From a virus, in IMG/VR virus record IMGVR_UViG_3300028573_000014, positions 15,954 to 79,953 of that record: a stretch of DNA of 64,000 nucleotides; one strand, 5' to 3'. Positions 8,453 to 17,887 of the stretch are shown here, piece by piece. Position 1 is the stretch's first letter, and every line of letters starts with the position of its first letter. The notes under the pieces are model-generated. The model saw only the letters and a list, made by a program, of their open reading frames with translations, searched no databases and was not told the DNA's origin. The translations under genes were made by a program, and so were the position numbers.

Positions 8453-10809
8453 ATCGCCACCGCCTCAGTGTCAATGACCATATTGTGCTCATGGTCATGA
8501 TGGTCATGTGACTTTGTGCCTGCGATGGGTACGCCTGCCAGTGAACCATTGGCCGGTTCAGTTGTGTCATCGAGCGTACACAGACAGTTAATCCCCGTGC
8601 AGATACAACTATCGGAGCGGGGATAGATTCCATATTTGAGCCAGGTACGCGCACGATGCACCTGCCCGTCAGCACCAGAACACGTTTCGCAGTGGTCTTT
8701 CGTGCCGCCAAGCGTAAATTTCTTCATGCCGTTCATCTTGCCGTACATGTTGCCCAGTATCTTCATGCCCTGTAGACCCTTATTGATCCACAGTTCAATT
8801 CGACTAAGCATGGCATTACGGGCTGCTGAAAACTCAGGGGTCTCCCTGAGCGGAATCACATTGCGATACATGTCGTTTGCCAGCGCAGTCCAGTAACTGC
8901 GTTCCTGCTTTGTTTCCAGATCGAGCGCTGACTTTTCTTCATCGGTCATCTCAGCGGGATCTGTACCCGCTTCCTGCATTCCGTTCTTAAACGCATTCAG
9001 GAAAGCCATCTCAATTTCGCTACGCCCTGCTACTCCGAACTGATTGCGATTCAAGTTTCCCTGGAAAGCATCGGTCATGAGTTCATATAGAGCAGTGCGA
9101 TACTGTGCCTCGGTGTCCTCGTAGCCTTTAACCGCCTGCACCCGGATGGCATTCCAGATTGATTCCGACGGTTCTTCACCGGAAAGCAGGAAACGACCAA
9201 ACGCTACTGCATGGGCGGGTAGAGAGTCGCTCTTAAATGCATAATTTCTGCCCTTGCGCTCAATGAGAACACGCCAGTTCTTCAACTCTTTGTGCTGGGC
9301 ATCGGGCAGGAACGGAATAGGATCGACACTTTTGCCTGTTGGTGCGGTAGGTGCAGTCGCTTCGGTAGATGCGCCCACTTCCGCAGCACGTGGAGTGCTT
9401 TCGCCTGTGCGGGATGGCTTATCGGGCTTAGCATTTTCTCCACCGGAAACCATGCCTGGATTACCAGGGGCCACACGCCAGTAGTTCTGCATTTCAGCGG
9501 ATGGCACTGGAATGCCGCCGATAAGGTACAGACCTGTCAGGTTTTCGTCTACATTCAGCCCCAGTGTTTTCTGAGCATTTGCCAGATCCAGAACACCGTC
9601 CTTAAGCTGCTTGCTCACGGTATCCGTGCGGGATGAGATATCCTCGTCCAGGCCACGTACACGCTTGAAGGTGGGGACAATGCGCCATTCAGGATTGAGT
9701 GGCTTGGCAACCTGCTCAGTGAAGATGTCGGCATAGCGTTCTGACTGCGGGACCAGCCAGCTAATGAGCCATTCACGCTTCTGGTCGTAGAACTTTGTGC
9801 CCTGCGCACGCTGCGCCTGACGTGGCTCAATAAGTTCAAGTGGAACGCGCAGGATACGCAGACAGGCATCACGCGCCTGGTCGGTCAGGTTGGGCATTCC
9901 CAGCTTATCGAAGTCTTGCTGGAATTTCAGCATTTCCCAACGTGTGGGTAGAACAACCGTGCGACCTGCATTGGCTGCGCCCTGATACATCCGGCGCAGG
10001 TATTCACTCAGTTCGAGTTTCTGGTCAGGACCAGGGACATAACTCGACCCGTCCGCAGGCTGAATAACAAAGGATGGCATCGCCATGTTGCGAAAGAACA
10101 TCAATTGCGTGGCTGTGATCTCTGTCTCGGTAGCAGCCTGCGCATAAGCGACCATCAGCGGACCCGTGCCGCCAAAGTCTTCAAAGAAGTCAATGTTATG
10201 GAAATAAACAGTGTCTTCCGGCGGCAACCAGTCCAGATCTGGTTCAAGCTCGCTGCCCCAGACCGGACGGATATGGAAACCGCCCAGACCGCGTGAAGTA
10301 TCGGTCTCACGGCGGAAGAAGTTATTGTTAATCCACTGAAACCCGTCGAGAATGCCAGACTGAGTCTTCAACCGACGCAGCAACACTTCGCCATAGCAGC
10401 AGTAGGACGTTTCAGACCGCTCAATAATGCTCTGGAAGTTAGACTGGAATGCCGCCTGAATGCCCTGAGCGCGAGGGGTGAAGAATTTGGGATCTCCCTC
10501 TTCGAGCAGTTCTCCAGCGGCATTGGCGATCTTAAAGTCAACCTGGCGCAGCGACTCAGCGCGGAGTTCAATGGCAGAACGTGCTGTAACTGCTGTCCTG
10601 AACAAATGTGCGATCTCGCTGTAGGAGACCTGCGGACGTAGCAGTGCGACTTCCTGATTCAGGTAAGTCTTGATAGCGCTGCCGCTGTTTTCCATGACGT
10701 TGAAGGGCAGGTCATTCAGGTCCAGTTCAAAGCGATTCTTGCGAATCGTTTGCGTGATCTGCTTTGATCGATTCTTTTTGCCCTGGAAGTGTCGATTACG
10801 GTGACTCAT
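8449..10809 (-). CDS. Portal protein fused to C-terminal MuF-like minor head domain
   Basis: Portal motifs YGEVLL, FFRNMAMP, AANAGRTVVLP, LRVPLELI; C-terminal HCETC...CTGINCLC Cys cluster; ATGA overlap with TerL stop. Confidence 0.85.
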   Translation of the reverse strand: MSHRNRHFQGKKNRSKQITQTIRKNRFELDLNDLPFNVMENSGSAIKTYLNQEVALLRPQVSYSEIAHLFRTAVTARSAIELRAESLRQVDFKIANAAGELLEEGDPKFFTPRAQGIQAAFQSNFQSIIERSETSYCCYGEVLLRRLKTQSGILDGFQWINNNFFRRETDTSRGLGGFHIRPVWGSELEPDLDWLPPEDTVYFHNIDFFEDFGGTGPLMVAYAQAATETEITATQLMFFRNMAMPSFVIQPADGSSYVPGPDQKLELSEYLRRMYQGAANAGRTVVLPTRWEMLKFQQDFDKLGMPNLTDQARDACLRILRVPLELIEPRQAQRAQGTKFYDQKREWLISWLVPQSERYADIFTEQVAKPLNPEWRIVPTFKRVRGLDEDISSRTDTVSKQLKDGVLDLANAQKTLGLNVDENLTGLYLIGGIPVPSAEMQNYWRVAPGNPGMVSGGENAKPDKPSRTGESTPRAAEVGASTEATAPTAPTGKSVDPIPFLPDAQHKELKNWRVLIERKGRNYAFKSDSLPAHAVAFGRFLLSGEEPSESIWNAIRVQAVKGYEDTEAQYRTALYELMTDAFQGNLNRNQFGVAGRSEIEMAFLNAFKNGMQEAGTDPAEMTDEEKSALDLETKQERSYWTALANDMYRNVIPLRETPEFSAARNAMLSRIELWINKGLQGMKILGNMYGKMNGMKKFTLGGTKDHCETCSGADGQVHRARTWLKYGIYPRSDSCICTGINCLCTLDDTTEPANGSLAGVPIAGTKSHDHHDHEHNMVIDTEAVAI

Positions 10810-12179
10810 AAGAATATGTACTCCGCAGTGGGCCATGCAACATCAATGGGCGGAGGAGGCGGAAACTGGACATTTCCATAAAGCACATCAGCGGGGATAA
10901 TGCCCTGCGAGGCGTGCGGGATATCGATAAGTTCCGGTGCCCACTTGGGAACACCGTAGGTTGCGCCATGATAGGCCAGCGCTAGAGACATCACCATATC
11001 GTCATTCGAGTCACGGGGACCGGAATAACGGAATGCGCCAGATGGCAGTCGCTCCATCTGGAATGCATGGAGTTCGTCCAGAAGAAGCTGACCTATCGGC
11101 TGACCGTCAATGGCTTCACCCTTGTGAAGAACCTGTAGCTGACGATTGTCGAAGGCGGCAGCCAGTGCCTCAATGATGAGCGCCTTACTGCTACCACTGG
11201 TAGTGAAGGGCATAATGGGCAAGCCAGTGTCCATGAGACTTTCCATGAACGCCAGGTTGGTATTCTGCTCGACAATGATGCCTGCTGCGTGGAAAAGATT
11301 TGCCAGTGCAACAATGCGACCTTTTTGCAGCTTGTAGTCCACATGGTTGGCCCGGTCAATATAACAAACCGACATCAACGTTACGTCGATGACGGTGAAC
11401 ACGGAAAAGTCATTGGTCTTGGCAAGGTCAACGCCGATGACGTAGGTATGACCGGCCTTTGGCTGAGCCTGAACAAAGCCCTGCGCCATCTCTTCCAGAT
11501 TGCGGAACACAGATCCTGCATCCGAAATGAACTCGGCCAGGTATTCCTGCGAGAAAATGTTGACGGGCGTAGTTTTACGTGCATCTTCAATTTCACTTGC
11601 AGGCAGGAACGGATTGTCGGAAGAAGGCTTGTGCCAGCTCTCCCAGTCGGGAAAAGCGTCGTTTTTGCCCAGTCGATACAGATTCCAGAACCAGTTGTAA
11701 CCCTTTGGCGTTGAGGCAAACAGGGCACGACCCTGCGTGGTCATGAGCATGGGTCGGATAACTTCTTGCCAGGTGTCACCAGAGGGAACAACCGCAGCCT
11801 CGTCAATGAGCACGAGATCGTATTCGCGTCCACGAGGACCATCTGGGTTGTCCAGTGACCACATTTCCACGACTGCACCGTTGATGGTCTCAATACGGTG
11901 TTCGTCTTCCTTCTTTTCCTTCGTGATGGGCGCAAGCATGTTCTTGACAATGCGCCACATGTCTGCCAGCATCTTGTAGGTCGGGCACATGTAGGCAATG
12001 CGCTTGGCCTCGGACACTGCTCGAAGTATTTCAGCACGAAGGGTAACGGTCTTGCCCCATCGTCGACCACAGTCCAGAACACGGAACCGGGCAGGCGACT
12101 CATAGACTTCTATCTGTCCAGGATGAAGGGCGAGACCCAGATAGACATTAATCCTGTTGTCCATCGACCACCTGTGCAT
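10806..12179 (-). CDS. terL: Terminase large subunit
   Basis: Q motif HPGQ, Walker A GRRWGKT, Walker B LIDEAA, motif III ASTP, nuclease GVDLA...VEQN...NDDMVMSLALA. Confidence 0.95.
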   Translation of the reverse strand: MHRWSMDNRINVYLGLALHPGQIEVYESPARFRVLDCGRRWGKTVTLRAEILRAVSEAKRIAYMCPTYKMLADMWRIVKNMLAPITKEKKEDEHRIETINGAVVEMWSLDNPDGPRGREYDLVLIDEAAVVPSGDTWQEVIRPMLMTTQGRALFASTPKGYNWFWNLYRLGKNDAFPDWESWHKPSSDNPFLPASEIEDARKTTPVNIFSQEYLAEFISDAGSVFRNLEEMAQGFVQAQPKAGHTYVIGVDLAKTNDFSVFTVIDVTLMSVCYIDRANHVDYKLQKGRIVALANLFHAAGIIVEQNTNLAFMESLMDTGLPIMPFTTSGSSKALIIEALAAAFDNRQLQVLHKGEAIDGQPIGQLLLDELHAFQMERLPSGAFRYSGPRDSNDDMVMSLALAYHGATYGVPKWAPELIDIPHASQGIIPADVLYGNVQFPPPPPIDVAWPTAEYIFL

Positions 12180-12645
12180 CTATGACTCTGGTGGTCTCTT
12201 CATCCTTCTTTTGCGGAGCGCCCAGAACGAAATTGATAACAATGTCGCCCCGTCCAGATTCCTGCTTCGGGCTGTACTTCTCTGGCCGGTTGCCTTTCAG
12301 GTGAATTTCAATCGCCTTGATTTTGGCTCCGGCAGGCGTATCCGGGGCAAGCGCCATGTCAACCAGCGCATCTTCGACATCATCTACAATGGACTCTTGA
12401 ACATCATCCATAAGCTGGCGGAAGGCTGGATCAGTCTCACGCCAACGATAGACCATAAACTTTTGTAGATCCGCTGCTTTACAGGCTTTACCGAGGTGCG
12501 CCCGAAACTCGGAATAGGTCCGCAGAAAGCGTTCTTTCTGGTCCTGAATCTCAGCAAGCCGTTCTTCTTCCACATTGAATGCAGGAGAAAACGACTTGAT
12601 ATCTCGGTCTGGAGTTTGATCTAAGCGCTGCTGCCCGTCAGTCAC
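12148..12645 (-). CDS. terS: Terminase small subunit
   Basis: HTH (ACKAADL..VYRWRETDPAF), LKGNRPEKY motif; directly upstream of TerL. Confidence 0.8.
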   Translation of the reverse strand: MTDGQQRLDQTPDRDIKSFSPAFNVEEERLAEIQDQKERFLRTYSEFRAHLGKACKAADLQKFMVYRWRETDPAFRQLMDDVQESIVDDVEDALVDMALAPDTPAGAKIKAIEIHLKGNRPEKYSPKQESGRGDIVINFVLGAPQKKDEETTRVIDAQVVDGQQD

Positions 12646-12660
12646 ATGATTTAGCCCATA

Positions 12661-12699
12661 AACAAAGAAGCATCTAATGGCAACAGATTAGATGCTTTT
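12661..12699 (-). terminator. Intrinsic terminator between middle genes and late operon
   Basis: 11-bp stem AAGCATCTAAT/ATTAGATGCTT, 8-nt loop, U-rich tails on both sides. Confidence 0.6.
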
Positions 12700-12741
12700 G
12701 AGGCTATAGACAATTAAGTAGTCTGGGGTAATAAAACTATC

Positions 12742-13095
12742 CTACGAGGTGTGTATTACCTCAGAAAATCTACTCTCTCTTATGACGGGATGGCTATATT
12801 GAGAATTGACCAGAAAGAATTCACCGTTCTTTTTAACGGCACGGCATTCCCAGGGACGGGTCAGTTGCATTGCATAGTTGAACGCATTGCCCGTCGAGAT
12901 GCCCATGATTTTCCCGATCTTCTCGTAGGTCGGTGTATTGCCACCGTGATCTGCGGCATAGAAAGCAATAATGAGTTCGACCCGATCTCGCTGCAATAAA
13001 TCCTTGTTTGCAATGAGTTCAATGAGTTCATCGGGCGGGATCCACTCGTCCAGGTCAGGCTGGAAGGGTTTGCGTTCTGTAGATTTATTTGACAT
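12742..13095 (-). CDS. LexA-N-like winged HTH DNA-binding protein
   Basis: FYAADHGGNTPTYEKIGKIMGIS resembles LexA DNA-binding domain; no peptidase domain. Confidence 0.6.
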   Translation of the reverse strand: MSNKSTERKPFQPDLDEWIPPDELIELIANKDLLQRDRVELIIAFYAADHGGNTPTYEKIGKIMGISTGNAFNYAMQLTRPWECRAVKKNGEFFLVNSQYSHPVIRESRFSEVIHTS

Positions 13096-13324
13096 CGGTC
13101 AATGCCTTTAATCGCTCAGATATATCCCACGAGGACTCACTTAGCCAGTACTTCTTGTCTTTGCAGGATACTTTTCCATATGATACCAGTTCCCTGACAT
13201 ACATGTGGGCGTTCCCTGCGCTTGTGGCAGCCCCTTCCGCTATTTCGCGCATCGTGGGAAACTGTCCACCATGAGAAAGTCCATAGGTTGCAATAAAGAG
13301 TTCTATTTGATCGCGTTTTACCAT
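13085..13324 (-). CDS. LexA-N-like winged HTH DNA-binding protein (paralog)
   Basis: HGGQFPTMREIAEGAATSAGNAH..VRELVSYG. Confidence 0.65.
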   Translation of the reverse strand: MVKRDQIELFIATYGLSHGGQFPTMREIAEGAATSAGNAHMYVRELVSYGKVSCKDKKYWLSESSWDISERLKALTDVK

Positions 13325-13860
13325 GATTTTGACTTTACCATAAAAGGTCCACGGACGTTAGGACTAAAGCGTGCAGCAACAGTCAGCGCCAGTTCGATCC
13401 GATGATCAACATCCCTCATTTTCTCAGTAGACCCAAGCGATCCGAGTGCATAATCTTCGCCAGATCCACAGGCAGCATAGTTCTCTGCGTAATGATTGAC
13501 CTGAAAATCACTACAGACGCAGTAGATAGTTCCATGATAGCCTACCAGAAATTCTCCGCTGCTTTCCAGATTGTTTTCGATCTTGGAGATACCATGTTCT
13601 TTGAACAAACTGCGAACGTTTTCTGCAAAAACTTTGACCATGTAGGCATCGTCAGAAACACCGTCTTTCTGCCTGGGAACAGTCAGATGATGCTGCAAGA
13701 TTTGCCCCATCCTGAATGACCAGGTATAGCCAATGAGGAAGTCTCCGACCTCGAAAACCTTTGGCAGCAGGCTGGTTCGCATTGTATTGCCTACGCTGGA
13801 TGAACTATCAGCGCCTATGTATACCGTGTCGTTTTTAGCGATGCCAACAATGCAGGTCAT
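13318..13860 (-). CDS. Ntn-hydrolase, HslV/proteasome-beta-like peptidase
   Basis: N-terminal MTCIVG (Thr nucleophile), GADS, ACGSGEDYALGSL. Confidence 0.8.
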   Translation of the reverse strand: MTCIVGIAKNDTVYIGADSSSSVGNTMRTSLLPKVFEVGDFLIGYTWSFRMGQILQHHLTVPRQKDGVSDDAYMVKVFAENVRSLFKEHGISKIENNLESSGEFLVGYHGTIYCVCSDFQVNHYAENYAACGSGEDYALGSLGSTEKMRDVDHRIELALTVAARFSPNVRGPFMVKSKSW

Positions 13861-14264
13861 TTGTATCCTTTGCTACTATCGTTTATGCTGCTAATTTCAC
13901 TGGATATTGTGGCAATATAGGCGCGGCCATCCTTAAATTTCACAATTACTTTTGTGCCCGGATATTTACCAGCCGCAACCCCCAATGGATCGTCAATGGA
14001 AATAGAGATAAAGGAGCCTTTTCGCATAAACCGTACAAAGGTTTTCCCTTCGGAATCTGGGTCGTAAATATAGCCTTCCGCAGTCCCTAATATGCCAACC
14101 TCACCTTCCTCAGTGTCTGGCGTATCGGATGGCGGACTCCACCAGGGCAAATAGAGATCAGGCCACATTTCGCGCTGATCGAAGTACCGATCCCGCTTCG
14201 ACTGCCACTTGTGCTGCCGTGCATCTCGCCCCAGTCGGCGGATGGCTTCCAGTAAGGTTGTCAT
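13857..14264 (-). CDS. Hypothetical protein
   Basis: ORF coupled to neighbours by ATGA overlaps. Confidence 0.55.
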   Translation of the reverse strand: MTTLLEAIRRLGRDARQHKWQSKRDRYFDQREMWPDLYLPWWSPPSDTPDTEEGEVGILGTAEGYIYDPDSEGKTFVRFMRKGSFISISIDDPLGVAAGKYPGTKVIVKFKDGRAYIATISSEISSINDSSKGYK

Positions 14265-14869
14265 GATATCCTGTAAGGACTTTCCATGACAGGCGGATCA
14301 TCCCCGGTAAGTTCAACAAACTCTCCGAGCATATCCGCGCGAAACCCGACCTCGGAGGAGGACTCCACCACACTGCGAAGATCCTCGGCATTAAGGAACG
14401 GGTTGGTTTTGATGGGGAACATGAAGAACGCTGCATCGAGAAAGTGCTTCTTGCTCTGGGCGAACTTCTTCAACTCGATAAACAGGTCGGTCTGGTGCTT
14501 ATGGCTTGGAACAGGCGTACCGACTGCCAGCAGTTTCCCGTCTGGGATTAAGCACGGCAAAAGTTCATCGAGCAAATAAGGAGTCATGGTCGCAGGCTCA
14601 TTGATGATGACGAGATCGAACTGATGTCCCCTGTATTTATCCTCGTTTTTCTCCATGTAGACAATTTTTCTGCCGCTGCTTACCACCATTGTTGTTTTGA
14701 AGAATTTGTTCATCCCGTGATTTGGACCAACAAAGAGGATTTCACGAGCATCGGATATCTCTATGCAAAATCTGCATAGTGCATCTTTGCCCCAGCGCCG
14801 ACTGGTAGACACAACACGGTAGCGATCTCTGGAGTCCAGGACTAATTGCTGTCCAGTATGCGGGATCAT
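14261..14869 (-). CDS. Stand-alone degenerate terminase ATPase domain (TerL N-terminal paralog)
   Basis: Aligns by eye with TerL aa ~17-220: PHTGQ, SRRWGKD, RGHQFDLVIINEPA, VGTP, TNPFL, MLGEF; Walker A T->D, Walker B D->N. Confidence 0.85.
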   Translation of the reverse strand: MIPHTGQQLVLDSRDRYRVVSTSRRWGKDALCRFCIEISDAREILFVGPNHGMNKFFKTTMVVSSGRKIVYMEKNEDKYRGHQFDLVIINEPATMTPYLLDELLPCLIPDGKLLAVGTPVPSHKHQTDLFIELKKFAQSKKHFLDAAFFMFPIKTNPFLNAEDLRSVVESSSEVGFRADMLGEFVELTGDDPPVMESPYRIS

Positions 14870-15132
14870 TCTGTTGCCGCCTTGATCTCCTGATCGATCT
14901 GATCTGCCAGTGAACGCAATTCATTGGCGCGACTTTTGACCTGCATCCACGAAGCAATGGAATTAAGCAATGGTTCGTAATTGAAGTCGGGCAAAATCGC
15001 TGGTCCGTTAGGCAAAAAACGGGGAAGTGAATTCCCGCTGGCAACATCATTTAGTAGATGGAAAGCCCGAATTTCCTCCTCGGTGCAGGTTACAATAATC
15101 TCACCCTGAGACGTATAGCCAATTTGTTTCAT
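14866..15132 (-). CDS. Hypothetical protein
   Basis: Translationally coupled ORF. Confidence 0.55.
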   Translation of the reverse strand: MKQIGYTSQGEIIVTCTEEEIRAFHLLNDVASGNSLPRFLPNGPAILPDFNYEPLLNSIASWMQVKSRANELRSLADQIDQEIKAATE

Positions 15133-16256
15133 TTCGTTTTCACTCCTTCAATAGCCTTCCGTAGTTCTTCAGCAACTCTGCCCACCTCTACCGATCTCAT
15201 CTTCAAGTGCATGGGGAGCGACAATAGACGGTTACTGGCCTCGGTTGCTCTGGGCAAGTATCCGTGATACATCGGATACTGCGTGTTATCGACATAATGT
15301 ACACCCGTTCCAATGCCAGCCAACTTCAGCGCATTGACCACTTCATTGCGGTTATCTACCAGTACCTGATACAGATGGCGAGACGGGACGCAATCTGGGG
15401 ACATGGGCACGGTCTCGCAGACACCTGCTAACAGCTTGTCATACAGGGCTGCGATGCTCCGTCGATGCTGATTGTCATCGTCCAGATATTGCAGGGCAAC
15501 CAGTCCCATTGCTGCCATGATACTGTTGCCGTTGTATTTCCAGCCAACATTCTCCACGTCATATTCCCATGAGTATCCGGTGCCGGAAGACCTTGCATAG
15601 GTATCCTTGTCGATGCCCATCCAGGACAATTTGCGCGACTGAGCATCCATTTCAGGATCTGCCCAACAGATCATGCCAGAATCGCCCGTCGGTAGATTTT
15701 TCACTGCCTGAAAGCTGAACACGGAAACATCAGCGGTTGCACCAACATGATCGCCATCTAGCCAGCGCGTTCCTGCCATGTGAGCAGCGTCCAGAATGAG
15801 CTTTAACCCATGAGATTGGCATATCTCCCAGATTTTGGCGTACTGTCCTACATTGCCTCCAAGTCCTACGAAAACTACGGCTCTGGTGCGCGGGGTGATT
15901 TGCTCCTCTACACTGTCGGGGTCCAGACACATGTACTGGTCAACATCTGCGAATACAGGTGTTAATCGTTCATACAAAATAGGATGATTCGTGCTGACGA
16001 AGGTGATCGGCGTGGTGATCACTTCATCACCATCGGACCATCCATAACTGAGTTCGTGCATTGCCAAATGAAGTCCTGCTGTCGCACTATTCAAGAAGCA
16101 CGCATTTGGCAGTCCAGTGTATTTCTTCCACGCTTCTTCAAACTCAACAGTCTTGTAACCGATGCCCGTCCAGCCCTTTTCGAGACACTGGCGAATCTCG
16201 GCAAGCACTTCTTCGGTGCGAAAGACGGGGGTGAAAAGTTGGATGGAATCGCTCAT
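15129..16256 (-). CDS. DegT/DnrJ/EryC1/StrS-family PLP-dependent sugar aminotransferase
   Basis: NSATAGLHLA, DAAHMAG, FSFQAVKNLPTGDSG (PLP Lys), LSLPMH. Confidence 0.95.
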   Translation of the reverse strand: MSDSIQLFTPVFRTEEVLAEIRQCLEKGWTGIGYKTVEFEEAWKKYTGLPNACFLNSATAGLHLAMHELSYGWSDGDEVITTPITFVSTNHPILYERLTPVFADVDQYMCLDPDSVEEQITPRTRAVVFVGLGGNVGQYAKIWEICQSHGLKLILDAAHMAGTRWLDGDHVGATADVSVFSFQAVKNLPTGDSGMICWADPEMDAQSRKLSWMGIDKDTYARSSGTGYSWEYDVENVGWKYNGNSIMAAMGLVALQYLDDDNQHRRSIAALYDKLLAGVCETVPMSPDCVPSRHLYQVLVDNRNEVVNALKLAGIGTGVHYVDNTQYPMYHGYLPRATEASNRLLSLPMHLKMRSVEVGRVAEELRKAIEGVKTK

Positions 16257-16510
16257 TTGATCACCTGCGAATTACCACTGCCACCAACAATATTCTGTGT
16301 CGTACTGATCGGCGGACCATCGTAGCAGTCAATGATGGTCGATTGTCGTCCTGTACCATGCCAGAACGCCCACTTAATGAAGTGTCGATGTTCCATCCAG
16401 AACTCGATCAATTCTTCAGCAGCCTCTTTGCCATCGTTGCCATGCGGATACATTTCACTGGCGTTATCGACCAGTTCCTGAAATTTTTTGCGAAGTTGTG
16501 CAGGAGTCAT
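16253..16510 (-). CDS. Hypothetical protein
   Basis: Coupled ORF with SD. Confidence 0.5.
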   Translation of the reverse strand: MTPAQLRKKFQELVDNASEMYPHGNDGKEAAEELIEFWMEHRHFIKWAFWHGTGRQSTIIDCYDGPPISTTQNIVGGSGNSQVIK

Positions 16511-16532
16511 TTCGTTGTTTTTCCTCTCATTT

Positions 16533-16640
16533 TGCGGTAAAATACGAATTACTGTGGTCTAGGGTAGCTCCCGAAAAGGTGGTTTCGTCACCGCCCTGAC
16601 CCATATACATCTTGACGAACTAGCACAAGACGAGGTGCTA
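16533..16640 (+). promoter_or_regulatory. Promoter (-10 TAAAAT) and structured 5' leader of HNH gene
   Basis: TAAAAT 16538-16543; GGTC-AGGGT...GCCCTGACC stem enclosing GGTG/CACC hairpin; TAGCAC/GTGCTA hairpin over the SD. Confidence 0.5.
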
Positions 16641-16641
16641 A

Positions 16642-17433
16642 GTGATCTACCAGCCGTCTCCAATTGGTCGGATATGCAAAAAGTGCAACGAATGGAAACC
16701 GCGAGCAAGGCTCGTAAAGGAAAAACGCTGTCTCTGGGGCGTACATGCCCTTTGCCTTGACTGTGTTGCTGCGAGAATAAGAGAAGACAGACAGAAAAAT
16801 CCTCTCAAATACCGTATTTATGAGCGGAAATTTAGAAAAGAACATCCAGATCGGTATCGCACATATCAAAGAAGCCATAACGAACAGAGAAACGCAGGAA
16901 ACCGTCGCCGCCGCGCTCTCAATCCACAACATGCTAGAGACTATCACAATAGATGGCGAAAGAAGAATCGTGAACTTGTCAGACGGTATGAACAAGCGAC
17001 TAATAGCCGTCATCCTGATCGCGTAAAGCAAAAATCGCAGGTGAGAAGATCCCGAAAGCATAACCTTCCCTCCGAATTCACTGAAAAACATTGGTTGGAA
17101 TGTCTTCAATACTTCAACAATAGATGCGCATACTGCGGTAGACCACAAGGACTGTGGCATTCTCTTTCGCAAGATCACTTTATCCCAGTTAAAAAAGAGG
17201 GCGGTTATATTCCAGGCAACATCGTACCAGCATGTCATGGTATAGATGGTTGCAATGAGAGCAAACACGACAAGGATGCCGTTGATTGGCTGACTGCAAA
17301 GTACGGAAAGCGAACAAGCAAATTGATCTTGCAAAGAATATTTGCCTATTTTCAATGGGTCGAGCATTCTAGCGCGTTACCCTCAACTGAAAATCCCGCG
17401 CAGGTTCATGCCACACACCAGGGACAATCGTAA
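16642..17433 (+). CDS. HNH homing endonuclease (inverted insertion)
   Basis: CKKC/CLDC Zn finger, basic linker, CAYCG...DHFIP...GNIVPAC...CNESK; only + strand gene in a - strand block. Confidence 0.9.
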   Translation: MIYQPSPIGRICKKCNEWKPRARLVKEKRCLWGVHALCLDCVAARIREDRQKNPLKYRIYERKFRKEHPDRYRTYQRSHNEQRNAGNRRRRALNPQHARDYHNRWRKKNRELVRRYEQATNSRHPDRVKQKSQVRRSRKHNLPSEFTEKHWLECLQYFNNRCAYCGRPQGLWHSLSQDHFIPVKKEGGYIPGNIVPACHGIDGCNESKHDKDAVDWLTAKYGKRTSKLILQRIFAYFQWVEHSSALPSTENPAQVHATHQGQS

Positions 17434-17887
17434 TGTTTTCACGATTGAACCCGGCATCCACTACCATATCTGACAGTGACTGCGGCGTATAACCCCAGCG
17501 GTGTCCCATTAACGGTTCATCGGGCGAACTATTTCCGAAGACTCCCCACCATCCGAACTGCTCAACCGATCTGCCATCTGGTGGTTGAATAACACCTGCG
17601 ATCACTTTGCAGCAGTATGCCAGATCGGGCTGCTCAAGGATCAGAAGACCTTCAGGCAGCAAAACATCATAGCATTGCTTGAGCACAATCAAAGCGTCCT
17701 GTTTGAAGAAATGCTCGATAATGTGCGATGCTACGACTTCTGTGAATTTTTGTGACATCACTTCGTCGGGTAACGGCGGTAGCATAGCGCAAATATCAGG
17801 TTCGTTGGCAGGATTCCCATCAATGGTTACATATTCCTGCCAATGCCATTCTCCGCTGCCTATGAGCAACTTCGTCTTATTTATCAC
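17369..17887 (-). CDS. Class I SAM-dependent methyltransferase
   Basis: LLIGSG, ASHIIEHF, VLLPEGLLILEQPD. Confidence 0.8.
   Translation of the reverse strand: MINKTKLLIGSGEWHWQEYVTIDGNPANEPDICAMLPPLPDEVMSQKFTEVVASHIIEHFFKQDALIVLKQCYDVLLPEGLLILEQPDLAYCCKVIAGVIQPPDGRSVEQFGWWGVFGNSSPDEPLMGHRWGYTPQSLSDMVVDAGFNRENITIVPGVWHEPARDFQLRVTR

Noticed and set aside
16588-17367. 259-aa minus-strand ORF
   Set aside because: Antisense shadow of the HNH gene, which has clear motifs
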